Position numbers and translations under genes: made by a program. A DNA stretch of 64,000 nt from Mobula hypostoma. Its lineage: Eukaryota. Shown piece by piece: positions 28,690-42,300 of this stretch. The stretch's first letter is position 1. Each line of letters starts with the position of its first letter. The notes beneath the pieces are model-generated. The model ran no database searches. It saw only the letters and a list, made by a program, of their open reading frames with translations, and was not told the DNA's origin. Location of the stretch: positions 114,888,001 to 114,952,000 of the forward strand of contig NC_086107.1 of the NCBI RefSeq assembly GCF_963921235.1, written 5' to 3'.

Positions 28690-30733
28690 GGGTCAAAATT
28701 TAAAAAGATGACAGATACAGAATTGAAAGTTTTATATTTGAATGCATGCAGTACAGAATAAAGTAGATGATCTTGTAGTGCTGTTAGAGATGGGCAAGTG
28801 TGATGCTGTGGGCATCAATGAGTCATGGCTGAAAGGAGATTATGTTTGGGAGCTTAACATCCAATGACATACATTGTATCAAAAGGACAAGCAGGTGGGC
28901 AGAGGGTTAGTGTGGCTCTTCTGGGGAAAAAATGAAATCAAAGAGATGACATAGGATCAGAAGATTTAGAACTCTTGTGGGTACAGATAAGAAACTACAA
29001 GGGTAAACAGACCCTGATGAGGCCTCCAAACAGTAGCCAGGATGTGAGCTACAAATTACAATGGGAAATAGAAAAGGCTTGTTAAAAGGGCAATGTTACA
29101 ATAGTCGTGGGGGTTTTCAATATGCAAGTAGATTGGGAAAATCAGGTTTGGTGCTATATCCAAAGAGAGAGAATTAGTAGAATGTCTACAAGATGGCTTT
29201 TTAGAGCAGCTTGTGGTTGAGCCCACTAGGGGATCAGCTGTGTTGGATTGAGTATTGTGTAGTAGACTGGATTTAATTAGGGAGCTTAAGGTAAAGGAGC
29301 ACTTAGGAGGCAGTGATCATGATATGATAGAATTTCCCCTGCAATTTGAGAGGGAGAAACTAAAGTCAGATGTATCAGTATTACAGTACAATAAAAGGAA
29401 TTACAGTGGCACGAGTAAGGAGCTGGTCAAAGTTGATTGGAAGGGGACAGTGGCAGGGAAAGCAGCAGAGCAGCAATGGCTGGAGTTCCTGGGAGCAATT
29501 CAAAAGGTGCAGGATAGATACATCCCAAAGAAGAAGAATTATTCCAAAGTCAGGATGACACAACTGTGGCTGACGAAGGAAGTCAAAGCCAACATAAAAG
29601 CAAAAGAGTGAGCAAAAATTAGTGGAAAGTTAGAGGACTGGGAAACTTTTAAAAACCAACAGAAGGCAACTAAGAAAGCCATAAGGGTGAAAAAGATGAA
29701 ATATGAAGTTAAGCTAGCTAGCAATATAAAAAAAGTTTTTTTTTCGGGTATATAAAGAGTAAATGAAAGGCGGGAGTACATTTTTGACCACTAGAAAACG
29801 ATGCTGGAGAGGTAGTAATGGGGAACAAGGTTCTGGCAAACAAACTGAATAAGTATTTTGCATCAGTCTTCACTGTGAAAGACACTACCAATATGCTGGA
29901 ATCACTTGATTCTGGAATGGTTCCAGAGGACTGGAAAATTGCAAATGTCACTCCAGTCTTCTATAAGGGAGGAAAACAGATGCAAGGAAATTATAGGTCA
30001 GTTAGCCTGATCTCAGTGGTTAGGAAGATGTTGGGAGTCGATTGCTAAGGACTTGGAGGCACATGGTAGAATATGCCAGTCAGTGTGGTTTGATAAGGGA
30101 AAATCTTTCTTGACAAATCTGTTGGGATTCGTTGAGGAAATAATAAGCAGGGTAGACAAAGGAGAATTGGTGGATGTTCAGAAGGCCTTTGACAAGGTGC
30201 CTCACATGGTTGACAAGTTATGAGCCCATGGAGTTACAGGAAAGATACTAGCATGGATAGAACATTGCCTGGTTGACAGGAGGCAAAGAGTGGGAATAAA
30301 GGGAGCCTTTTCTGTTTGGCTGCTGGTAACTAGTGGTGTTCCACAAAAGTCAGTGTTGGGACCGATTCTTTTCACGTTGTATGTCAGTGACTTGGATGAT
30401 ATGGAATTGATGACCTTGTGGCCAGGATTGTGGATGATACGAAGGTAGGTGGAGGTGCAGGTCATGTTGAGGAAACAGGGAGGCTGCAGAAGACTTGGGC
30501 ATATTAGGAGGATGTGCAGAGAAGTGGCAGATGGAATGCAATGTTGGGAAGTGTGTGGTTATGCACTTTGATAGACGGAACAAAAGCATAGACTTTTTTC
30601 TGAACAGGGAGAAAATTGAAAAAACTCTGAGGCACAAAAGGACTTGGGATTCCTCGTGTAGGATTCCATAAAGGATAATTTGTCGGTTGAGTCATTAGTG
30701 AGGAAGGCAAATGAAATGTTAGCATTCATTTCA
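28690..30733 (+). mobile_element. Decayed CR1 ORF2 (endonuclease to RT); continues at ~31750-32360 after a nested insertion
   Basis: EHLGGSDHDMIEF, PEDWKIANVTPVF.KG, NYRSVSL, KAFDKVPH remnants. Confidence 0.85.
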
Positions 30734-33700
30734 ATAGGTACATTTTGATGACGTTTTTGAGGATATTGGGGTTTCAGAGGTTAATGACCTTCAAGGACTA
30801 CGTACTGTGTTAGCATAAGTTGCATCCTTTGTTTCTATTTCAGGCAGCTGTGAGGTTGTGAAATAGCTAACAAGTGAAGGACTGTCGAAAAGTAACGGAT
30901 GTGTGCATGTCTAATAACAATGCCTTCCCTTAAAGCTGTCAGTACTAGTCTGTACGTACTTTGTAACAAAAAGAAAACACCCCCTTATTTGGAATGGACC
31001 GTGGCTCTTTAGGTGCAGAGGTCAGATATGAGACCTCAGGGAGAGAAGGAATTCTGTCCCTCGCGATGTTTTGGCTCCGGAGCCTCTTGCCGGCTGAGCT
31101 CGAACAAATAAACTGGTGAAAGGATAAGGCGAAGAACTGTGTGATGTGGCTATTGGTCCGACAAATTTAAGTTTACACTTTAATGTCAGAGGAATGTACA
31201 CAATATACATACTGAAATTCTTTTTCTTCGCAACCATCCATAAAAACAGAGGAGTGCCTCAAAGAATGAATGACAGTTAAATGTTAGAACCCCAAAGTCC
31301 CCCCCAGCTGCCCCCTCCCATGGATAAGCAGCAGCAGAGCAACGACCCTCCCCACCAGCAAAAAGTGTCGGCGACCCCCACCGAGCACTCAAGCATGCAG
31401 CAAAGCATCAGCAAAGACACAGACTTGCAGTACCCCAAAGACTACTCGTTCATCCGGTCATTCGACATACCACAGGCTCTCTGTCTCTCTGCAATAAGGG
31501 AAAAAGAGGCGTCCCCATTTCACAGTGAGAGGGGAGACATAACAAAGTAACTCGCCGATTTATGGTCCGTTTAAAGTCCATTGCATTGCTTTTTTGCGAG
31601 CTCTGTTCTGGTCTCCGGGCACACAGCCAGCTCGCTGCTTACGATCTTACGTCTCCCATCACGTACCAGGCAGTGGCACCGGCCTTGAGTCCACCTGCCT
31701 CCAGAGCTATGAAAATCAGGCACCCTGAATGCGCGCTAGTCTTCCAGTCTTCAAGAGGACTAGAATATAAAAGCAAGGATGTAATGCTGAGGCTCTATAT
31801 GGCACTGGTGAGGCCTCACTTGGGAGTATTGTGAGCACTTTTGGGCCTCTTATTTAAAAAAAGAATGTGCTGACGTTGGAGGGGGTTCAGAGAAGGTTCA
31901 CGAGAATGATGCCAGGAGTGAAATGGCATGAGAAGAGTTTGATGGCTTTGGGCCTGTACTCACTGGAATTTAGAAGAATGATCTCATTGAAACTGATCAA
32001 CTGTTGAAAGGCCCAGACAGAGTGGACGTGGAGAGGATGTTTCATATGGTGGTGGAGTCTAGGACCAGAGAGCGCAGCCCCAGAATGGATGTCGATTTAG
32101 AACAGAGATGAGGAGGAATTTCTTCACCCTGAGGCAGGTGAATCTGTGAAATTCGTGGCCACAGGTAGCTGTGGAGGCCAAGTCATTGGGTGTATTTAAG
32201 GTGGAGGTTGATAGGTTCTCGATTAGTCAGGGCATGAATGGTTATGTGGAGAAGGTAGGAGACTGGGGCTGAGAGAAAAATTGGATCAGCCGTGATGAAA
32301 TGGTGGAGCACTCTCAACGGGCTGAAAGGCCTTATTCTGCCGCTATCTGTTATGGCTGTGTGCTTGCTCAACTCACTTTATACTTGTGACTGTGAGGCTA
32401 AGCACAGCTCCAGTGCTATATTCAAGTTTGCTGACGACACCGCTGTCGTAAGTCAAATCACAGGTGGTGATGAATCAGTATATAGGAGGGAAGTTTTGCT
32501 AAATGGTGCCATATCAACAATTTCTTACTCAATGTCAGCGTGACCAGGGAGCTGATTATTGACTTCAGAAGAGGGAAACCAGAGGCCCATGAGCCAATCC
32601 TCACTGGAGGATCAGAAGTGGAGAGGGTCAGTAACTTTAAATTCCTTGGTGAGGACCTGTCCTGGGCAATTACAAAGAAAGTGTGGCAGCGCCTCTATTT
32701 CCTTAGGGGTTTGTGAAGATTCGGCATCCTATCTAAAACTTTGAAAGACTTCTATAGATATATACTGGAGAATATATTGACTGGCTGCATCACAGCCCGG
32801 TATGGTAACGGCAATGCCCTTGAATGGAAAATCCCACAAAAGAGTGCATACAGCCCAGTCCATCAGGGGTAAGTTCCTCCCCGCTATTGAGCACATCTAC
32901 GCGAAACACTGTCTCGAGAAAGCAGCGACCCCACCACCCCGGCCATTCTCTCTTCTTGCTGCTGCCATCAAGAAGAAGGTACAGGAGCCTCAGGACCCAC
33001 ACCACCAGTTATCCTTCAACCATTCAGCTCTTGAACCAAAAGGGAAAACTTCACTTGCCCCATCATTGAAATGTTCCCACAACCAATGGACTCACTTTCA
33101 GGGACTCTTCATCTCAATATTTATTTAATATTTCTTTCTTTTTGTATTTGCACAGCACAGTCTTTTGCAGTCTGATTGAACGCCCAAGTCGGTGCAGTCT
33201 TCCATTGATTCTGTTATGGTTATTATTCTATGGATTTACCGAGTATGCCTGCAAGAAAATGAATCTCAACGTTGTCCAGTATATGGTGACACACACACAC
33301 ACATATATATATACATTGAGAGTAAATTTATTTTAAATTTATGTTATTGTCTACACTCTTCTGTTCCCCACACTGGCCTCTTACCCCCTTCTCCTCACCT
33401 GCCCATCACCTGCTTCCCTGTCTCTCATAGCTCACTCTCTCCTCCTGTCAGATTCCGTCTTCTCCAGCCATTTACCTTTTCCACTTATTATTTCACAGTT
33501 TTCCACCTCATACCCCCTCCTCACCCTATCACCTTCAGGCTTGTCCTCCTCCCCTGACCCCCTTCTTATTCTGGCATCCTGCCCCTTCCTTTCCACTACT
33601 AATGAAGGATATTGGCACAAAATGTCGACTGTTTACTTATTTTCATAGATGCTGCCTGACCCGCTGAGTTCCTCTAGCATTTTATATGAATACAGTGTTG

Positions 33701-34739
33701 CTGGTCGAGTCAAAGGTTGTGACGAATTGACAGTTAGGAGGGAGACTGCCACAACAACAATCATTAAAACCAAAATAGCTGATTATCAACTGCAGGACAA
33801 AGAAACAGGAGTCCATGAGTCAGTTCTCGTTAGGGGATCGGAGGCGGGGAGGATCAGTGACTTTAAATTCCTTGATGTTATCATATCAAAGGATGTGTCC
33901 TGGGGCAAGCATGAATGTTCAAAGTGAATTTATTATCAAAGTACAGATACCACCCTGAGATTCACTGAAATGCTGCCAATGCAGCATCCATCATTGGGGT
34001 CCCCCACTGCTTAAGTCGTGCTGTCTCAGAACTCGTGCTACCAGTTTAGCAACAGTTACTGCCCTTCATCCTTCAAGCTCTCGAGCCAATGGGGGTAACT
34101 TCCCTCGCCCCATCATTGAGGTGTTCCCACAATCAATGGTCTCACCTTCAAGAACTCTACATCTCATGTTATTGATATTTATTGTTTATTTATTTACTAT
34201 TTTCACTTTTCCTTTTTTATCTGCACAGTTTGTTGTCTTCCACACTCTGGTTGAACGCCCCAGTTGGGTGGTCTTTCATTGATCCTGTACAGTTATTATT
34301 CTGTAGGTTTATTGAGCATGCCCACAAGAAAATGAATCTCCGGGTTGTATATGGTGGCATATATGTACTTCAATAATAAAATTTATTTTGAACTTTGATC
34401 ATGTGTTTCTGGTTACTGTTCTCTGCTATCTATGCAATTTGATTGAGCAACTTTGGTGCAGAAGTGGTTCTGCGGTCGTGGCCTGCTGTCATCGACACAG
34501 TGCTGAACTGAACTGTCTAAGCTGGCCGTCACTCTACAACCACATTTGGGCATTTTGCAGTTTGATGTTTAATATTCTGTGTGTTGATCACTCGGTTTTT
34601 GCTATTTGCATGAATTGTTTTTTTTTTCTGAGCTTTGGGTATTTGATATCTGCTTTGAACAAGTTCCGTGTGTTTCTTTGTTTCAGTGCTCCCTGCAGGA
34701 GGACAGATCTCAGGGCTGGACACTGCATGCACACAGCAC

Positions 34740-36570
34740 TTTGATAATAAGTGTGGTTTGATTACGGAGACTCGGCTGTCGCAAGGACAGGAGTGGCCGC
34801 TGGATGTTCCAGGGTTCAGACGTTTCAAAAAGGGGAGGGAGGTGAAAGAGGTGGGGGAGTGGCATTGCTAATCAGGGATGGTATCACAGCTGCAGAAAGG
34901 GAAGACATGGTGGAGGGTTAGTGTACTGAGTCAGTGTGGGTGGAAATCAGAAACAGGGAGAGCAAAATCACTCGATTGGGAGCATTTTGCAGACCCTCCA
35001 ATAGCAACAGAGACACTGAGGAACAGATCAGGACGCAGATTTTGGAAAGTGCAAAAATAACAGGATTGTTGTCATGGGTGACTTCAACTTCCCTAATATA
35101 GATTGGCATCTCCTTAATGCAGAAGGTTAGATGGGCCACAATTTGTTAGGCACGTTCTGGATTCCTGACACATTATGTGGATGTCGTCTGGAGGAAAGAG
35201 CATACTGGATCTGGTACTAAGTAATGAATCAGGTCAGGTGTCAGATCTCTCAGTGGATGAACATTTTGGAGACAGTGACCAAAACTCCCTGAAGCCCTGG
35301 CCAAGGATAGGAGCAGATGATAAAGTACTTAAGCGGGGGAGTCAAGTAATGAAGCTATTTGGCAGGAATTTTGGATGCAGAAATGCAGAGGTTGTTAGAA
35401 AGCTCTTGCGTAGGGTTCTGGATAGATTTGTCCCACTGAGGTCATAGAGTTTAGGAACCATGGTTGACAACTATTGTGGAACATATAGTCAAGGGGAAGA
35501 AGTAAGCTTCCTTATGGTTTAAGAAGCAAAGATTAGACGAGCTCCAGAGTTATATAATAGCCAGGAAGGAGCTTAAAAATGGACAAGTCAGCTGGAAGGG
35601 GAAATGAGAAGGCCTTGGGAAGTATGATTAAGGAAAATCTGAAGGTGTTCTATGTGTGTGAAGAACAGGAGGATAACCAGAGTGAGGATAGGACTGATCA
35701 TGGATAAAAGAGGAAAATGGTGTCTAGGAGTTAGGTATGGGATGTCCTTAATGATTATGTTGCTTCAGTGTTCACAGGTGAGAGGCATTTGACATTTCTG
35801 TAAAGCAGGCTGATGTGCTAGAATAGGTCGACATTAGGAAAGAGAACGTGCAGTAACTTTTGAAGAATTTAGAGTCATTGAGACGCACAGCACAGAAACA
35901 GGTCCTTTGGCCCATTTAGTTCATGCTGAGACCATTTAAACTGCCTTTTAAATGAGGATAGTTAACTCCCCAGGGCCGGAAGGGACATAGCCCAGGTTGC
36001 TACGGTTAAAGGGGTAAGAGATTGCTGTGCCTTTGGTGAAGATCTTTACATCCTCACTGGCCGCAGGAGTACCACCAGGTGATTGGAGGGTGGTAAATGT
36101 TATTCCTTTCTTTGAGAAAAGGAGTAGGGTCAATCCTGGGAAACTTAGATAACAAGTGTAAATTCAGTGGTGCATAAATTATTGGAGAAAATGATTTACA
36201 GCCATTTGGAGGAGCATGGCTTGGTAAGTGCTAGTCAATGTGGCTTTGTGAGAAGTAGGTCATGCCCCAAGAGCCTGACTGGATTCTTTGTTTGAGAGCT
36301 GGGAAAAAGCATGTTGATGAAGGAAGGGCAGTGGTTGTGGTGTGTGTGAATTTTAGTAAGGTGTTTGATACAGTTCCTCATGCTTTGCTCATTCAGACAT
36401 TTGGGAGGCACGGGAGCCAGGGAAACTTGGCTGTGTGGATTCAGAATTGGCTCGTCACTGAAGGCAGAGGGTTGTTGTAGATGGAGCGTTTTCTGCCTGG
36501 AGGTCGGTGACTAGTGGTGTCCCACAGGCATCTGTTCTTGGATCCCTGATCTTTGTGAGTTTTCTAAATA
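34740..36570 (+). mobile_element. Decayed CR1 ORF2 fragment
   Basis: ITETRL, MGDFNFP, DEHFGDSD, FSKVFDTVPH remnants. Confidence 0.75.
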
Positions 36571-37149
36571 GCTTGAAAGAAGAGAGGATGAGAGGGTGTG
36601 GTGAAGAGTAGCCGGTAAATGCACACCTTACACACGTGCATTAACACGCAGGAAAACATTGCCTTGTCATTTTGCTGATGTTGCGCTGTGTCACGTACTG
36701 TTCAGCTTGGTCTTCCAATGTACAGTCACAAATTCAGAGTGGATCAAATTATAAGTGCATTTTATTATTTACTTGCAAGGGAAGCTACCTCCATATGTTA
36801 TTGCTTCAATCCTTTCGCTCAAACAAACCACTTTTATACTTTTACAGAGAACAGCAGTTCCGTTGTTCCATTCCATAAAGGCATTCCTCCATTGTCTGCA
36901 AAGTGTCTGGTTCCTGACATTTATTCTTCAATCAGTTCATTTGTCTTTAGAGGCTCCTTTCCACATAATAGCTGTGTCCTGTTTACTTCTGTTGTCAAAA
37001 CGTCCCCTTGCCATAAAAACATGCACCTTAATGAAACACAAACACAGACCCCTTGTAAGCTTCCATTCAAACACACCAACAAAACAGCAAAGCACTCTGG
37101 GATCATACCAGTTCTGTTTCATCACATTACAAAAGTTATACATTCATAA

Positions 37150-39050
37150 AGACCATAAGATGTAGGAGCAGAATTAGGGTATTTGGCCCATCACGTCTGC
37201 TCCACTATTTTATCGTGGCTGATCCACTTTTCCTCTCACCCCATTCTCCTGCCTTCTCCCCACATCCCTTCGTGACTCAAGAATCTATCAATCTCTGCCC
37301 TAAATGGACATACAGACTTGGCCTCCACGGCTGCCTGTGGCAACAAATTCCAGATTCACCACTCTCTGGCTAAAGGTATTGCTCCTCATTTCCATTACAA
37401 CAGGACACCTACTCTGAGGCTGTGTCCTCTGGTCTTAGACTCTCCCACCACAGGAAACATCCTCTGCGCACCCACTCCATCTAGGCCTTTCACCACTCGA
37501 TAGGTTTCAAAGAGGTTTCGGAATTCAAGTGAATACAGGCTCAGAGCCGTATGACAAGCTGTTCAAACCTGGAATCATTTTCACAAACATCCTTTGAACC
37601 TTCTCCAGGTTCAGCACGTTCTTTCTAAGGGACCCAAAACTGCTCAATACTCCCAAGTGAGGCCTTACTAGTGCTTTATAAAGTCTCAACATTACGTCCT
37701 GACTTTTATAATCTAGTCCTTTTGAAATGAATGCTAATGTCACATTTGCCTTCCTCACCACAACTCGACCTGCAAACTAGCCTTTAGGGAAACCTGCACA
37801 AGCACTCCCAATTCCCATTGCACCTCAGATTTTTGTATTTTCTCTCCATTTAGAAATTAGTCAAACCTTTCATTTCTTCTACCAAGTGCATGACCATACA
37901 CTTCCTGACACTGTATTCCATCGGCCACACACATCCTTGCCCATTCGCCTAATCTGTCTGTCCTTCTCTAGCCTCTCTACTTCCCGCCCTTCCATCTATC
38001 TTCATATCGTCTGCAAACTTTGCAGCAAGGCCATCGATTCCATCATCAAATCATTGACATATAATGTAAAAAGAGTCAGTTCCAACACAGACCCCTGTGG
38101 AACACCACTAGTCACTGGCAGCCAGTCAGAAAAGGCTCCCTTTATTCCCACTCTTTGCCTCTTGCAAGTCAGCCACTGTTTTATCCTTGCTAGAATCTTC
38201 CCTATAGTACCATGGACGCGTAAGCTTGTAAAGCAGCCTCATGTGTGACACCTTCTCAATGGCCTTCTAAAACTCCATTTAAACAACATCAACCGATTCT
38301 CCTTTATCTTTCCTGCTTGTTATTTCTTCAAAGAATTCCAACAGATTTGTCAGGCAAGATTTTCCCTTGAGAAACCACGCTGACTGGCATATTTTACCAT
38401 GTGCCTCCAAGTACCCCGAAACCAATCGACTCCAATATCTTCCCAACCACTGAGGTCAGACTAATTGGCTTATAATTTCCTTTCTTCTGCCTCTCTCCCT
38501 TCTTGAAGATTGTAGTGACATTCGAAATTTTCCAGTCATAAGAACGGAAGAAATAGGAGCAGGAGTCGGCCATCTGGCCTGTCGAGCCTGCTCTGACATT
38601 CAGTAAGATCATGGCTGATCTGACCATTGACTCATCTCCACCTACTCTCCCCAGAACCCTTAATTTCTCTACTATGCAATGGTTCTTCCGGAACCATTTC
38701 AGGATCTAGTAATTATTGAAAGATCGTTACTAATGCCTCCACGATCTCTTCAGGCATCTCTTTCAGACTCTGGGGTGTAGACAGTCTGGTCCAGGTTCAC
38801 TACATCAGACCTTTCAGTTTCCCAAGAACCTTCTCCCTAGTTATGGTAACTTCACACACCTCATGACCCCTGACACCTGGAACTTACTGCTAATGTCTTC
38901 CACGGTGAATACTGATGCAAAATACTTATTCAGTTCATCTCCCATTTCATTGTCCCCCATTACTTCCTCTCTGGCGTCATTTTCCAGTTGTCCGATATTC
39001 ACTCTCGCTTCTCTTTCACACTTTCAGTATCCTCTTTAATATTATTGTCT
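37150..39050 (-). mobile_element. Decayed CR1 ORF2 fragments
   Basis: LYKALVRPHL, DWKISNVTTIFKKG..NYKPISLTSVVGKILES. Confidence 0.8.
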
Positions 39051-39359
39051 AGCTGTATCACACGCAAAATGCTGGAGGAACTCAGCAGCTCAGGCAGTAT
39101 CTATGGAAATAAGTCAACAGTTGATGTTTTGGGCTGAGATCCTTCATCAAGACTTGAAAGAAAGAAGGAAGAAGCCAGAATAAGAAGGTGGAGGGAAGAG
39201 AAGGAGTATTGGCTTGAAGGTGATAGTGGGGAAGGAGGGGGTGTGTCAAATACAAAGGTAGAAGGTGATGGGTGGAAAAGGGAGAATGGGAATTAGGTGG
39301 GAGGTGATGGGCAGGTGAGAAGAGATAAGGGGAGGCAGAGTGGGGAATTGTAGAAGAGA

Positions 39360-42300
39360 TGTTACGTACCCCGTAACTGGGTTGCCAAACCAGCAGAAAT
39401 GGATCACTCAGTTGGAGTCTGGAGTACTAGAACTAAGAAAGTTTTATTAAAGAAACAAGCAACACAGTAATCGAAAGGATAATAAATGCAACAGTTCAGC
39501 GATGATAAACACACATGTGCACAGAATTAAGATAACAGCATCAATCAAGCTCTATCGTTGTCTAGGGGTAAATGACCAAATCTCAAAGTGACTCAAAGTT
39601 CAGTCCAGTTTAGTAGTTCAGTTCGCAGTAATCGTTGCCATGGCGATGGACAACGTGGGGGGAGAGAGAGATAGAACAGGAACAACTCATCATTCAGAAC
39701 GGCTTCACTCACAGACCGGCGAGTTGGCTCACAAGCAGCTTTTGGGCGGGTCCTTGGTGATGTCACCTGAGGTCACCGACTGTGACCCCTCCTCCAGATG
39801 CGGTCGATCCTCTGCAGTGAACCCGGCACCCAGGCAAGGGCGGACACACACCGGGTTCCCGCTGATCGTACCTTTCCACATTGGCCGTTGAGGCGTACCG
39901 CTTCCAGTGTCTCGTTACCTCGGGTGGCGTGTGTGTTGCCTTAGCGAACCTGTCCCTTTTAATCCCCCTGCTGGGGCATCGCCTGTCCACCACTTCAAAC
40001 AGTTCAGGGTTCAAAGGAGGAGCCGCTCCAGACAGCTCTCTCTCCCACGTCCCTTCATTACACATCTCCAGACGCTGCTCCATTTGTTCCTTATCTCTCC
40101 TTCCCCTGAGGGCAGGTGGCAGACCACTTGCTGATGTCACTGATGCTAACCCAGGCCAGCAAACATCTTAATTTTATGTGTATTCTCGTCACACTTCCCC
40201 CCTTTTAAGGATTTTTACCGGGAGGTAAAAATTACAAACATGAATACATTATTTGATACATACACAAATATACATCTTTATCAGCTATTTGGCTAACACA
40301 ACGAGTTTGAAGCTGTCAACACCTTGACAGACAGTCATCACATTTTCTGTTCCTTTTACACGTGTTATTAATAATCCCTTAGACCAGGCTCCAACTCAGC
40401 AAACTTCATAGTGGCCAAAAACACTGATGAATTGCGACCAATGTAACCTCTCATTTGGTTTTGTCCCGGACCACAATAACAAGGGTCGTCCCATTCCGAC
40501 TCAGTTTTCTCTCGCAAGGGCTTAGTAGGAGGGGGACGGGTATTGACCGCAGAGTTATTGCAAAACTTCCTGCAGTACCCCACCATCTCCAAGAGCCTTC
40601 TGAGGGCCCTCTTGTCTGTCGGGGTTGGGAGGTCAGCGATAGCCTGCACTGTAGCATTGCATCACTGCCAGCTGCCCCTGTGTCACCACAATTCCCAGGT
40701 AAGTGACCCTCGTGTGGCCGAATTCATTTTTTTCAAGGTTCACCATCAAACTGGCTTCAGACAGCCGTATTAAATTGCCAATACACACCTCTGTGTTCAT
40801 CAGCCCTTTAGTCACTGAATTACTCAAAAAAATATGGGTGTTGTATACTAGGCTGCCCTATTGTAACAGACATCACCCAACGTCCCAGTTCTTTTCATTT
40901 CCTCGGGACAATCAAACACACGGGTGCGAGTCGTTTAATTACTTCTTCTAAAGATTCGCTTTGTTCGGGGATTAAGGGAGAGACCTTATCAGTAGACCTG
41001 GCCAAAACAATAGCCTTCTCCCATCTGACCGATCCCATCCTAATCTTTTCAAAATGGTTTTTTCCTCTTATCAGGGGGCCCCTAGCTCCATTGATTTCCA
41101 CGCTAACACCGACTAGGTTTGTTAGCATATCAAAAGCCGGTGACCGTCTCAGTTCGCGTCGGTCATGATCAATAACATTTTTCCCCCTGGGCAGCCGGTA
41201 AATCTCTTTCATGATTCCACCAACTGTTTCCTCCAGCACCGCAAAATGTCCACCCCGGGGTACCTCGTGGGCCATGTTAAAAATCTCATCCCCATAACTC
41301 TTTTGCACCACCCCCCATTCCTCATCTGCGGATACTGTACTTGATTTCCCTTTCTTCCTTAGCACTTCCTCCTCCGCACAATAGTCTACTAGTTCCCTTG
41401 TCAAGGCTGTGTCAGAGAGAGCGGTCTCTGCCAAAACCATCAGATCCTCGTCTCGCTCCTGCGTCTGCACAAATTCTTTCCTGGCTACTGCTACGTCCGT
41501 CCCAGCTCCCTCACTAACTCTTGTCTCACTACACCCCGTCTCAAACAAGGTTGGCAGAAATGTTTCAGCTAAATTCACTATCGCGGGCCCGTGATGAACC
41601 TGTGAGTCCATGGGCGGGGCCTCAATGCTGGCAGGCTGACCTGTCAATCTCACGACTGGGAACACGATTCCTCCGGCGATGTCATTACCGAGCAAGACTT
41701 CCGCGTCTTTCATCGGTAATTCGGACCTCACCCCGATCGTGACTAGTCCAGAGACCAGGTTGCTCTGTAAGTGTATCTGGTGCAAAGGGACTGACTCTGT
41801 CCCTTCCCCAACACCTTTGACCTCTACCTCCCCAGTCTGGGTCTCTGAGCTAAACTCTAATACACTCTTCAGTATTAGTGACTGACACGCTCCCGTGTCT
41901 CTCCAGATCCGCACTGGAACTGGTTTTAACCTCTCCTTCACTGACACCAGTCCGGCCGAGATAAACCTCTCGCGCCCTTCCTGGACTTTTTCAGACCTGT
42001 CCTTCCCTAGCGGTTCGCTTAACAGCTCGATACAGCCATTCCAAATTTCCGCTTTTCCTTTCCCCGTCTCCTTCCTTGGGGCAAAGCACCTGGACGCAAA
42101 GTGTCCGGCTTTCCCACAATTATAACAGACGACCCCAGGAGACTTCCTACCAGACTGCTCCCGGTCTACCTTATCCTTTTCACTAGTCCCCGGCTTACTT
42201 TCTGACTTTTCCGGCGGACTCTCCCCGCCGTCCTGACTACCCTTCTGGTAGCCTTTACTCGGGGCAAACTTCATTTTATGCGTCAACGCATACTCATCCG

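Noticed and set aside
36590..37145. Non-LINE-looking block with several short ORFs
   Set aside because: No recognisable domain, splice pattern or terminal repeats; left unassigned without a database search
39640..40171. Duplicated ORFs here and at 43641-44172 as a gene pair
   Set aside because: They lie inside the two LTRs; no recognisable domain
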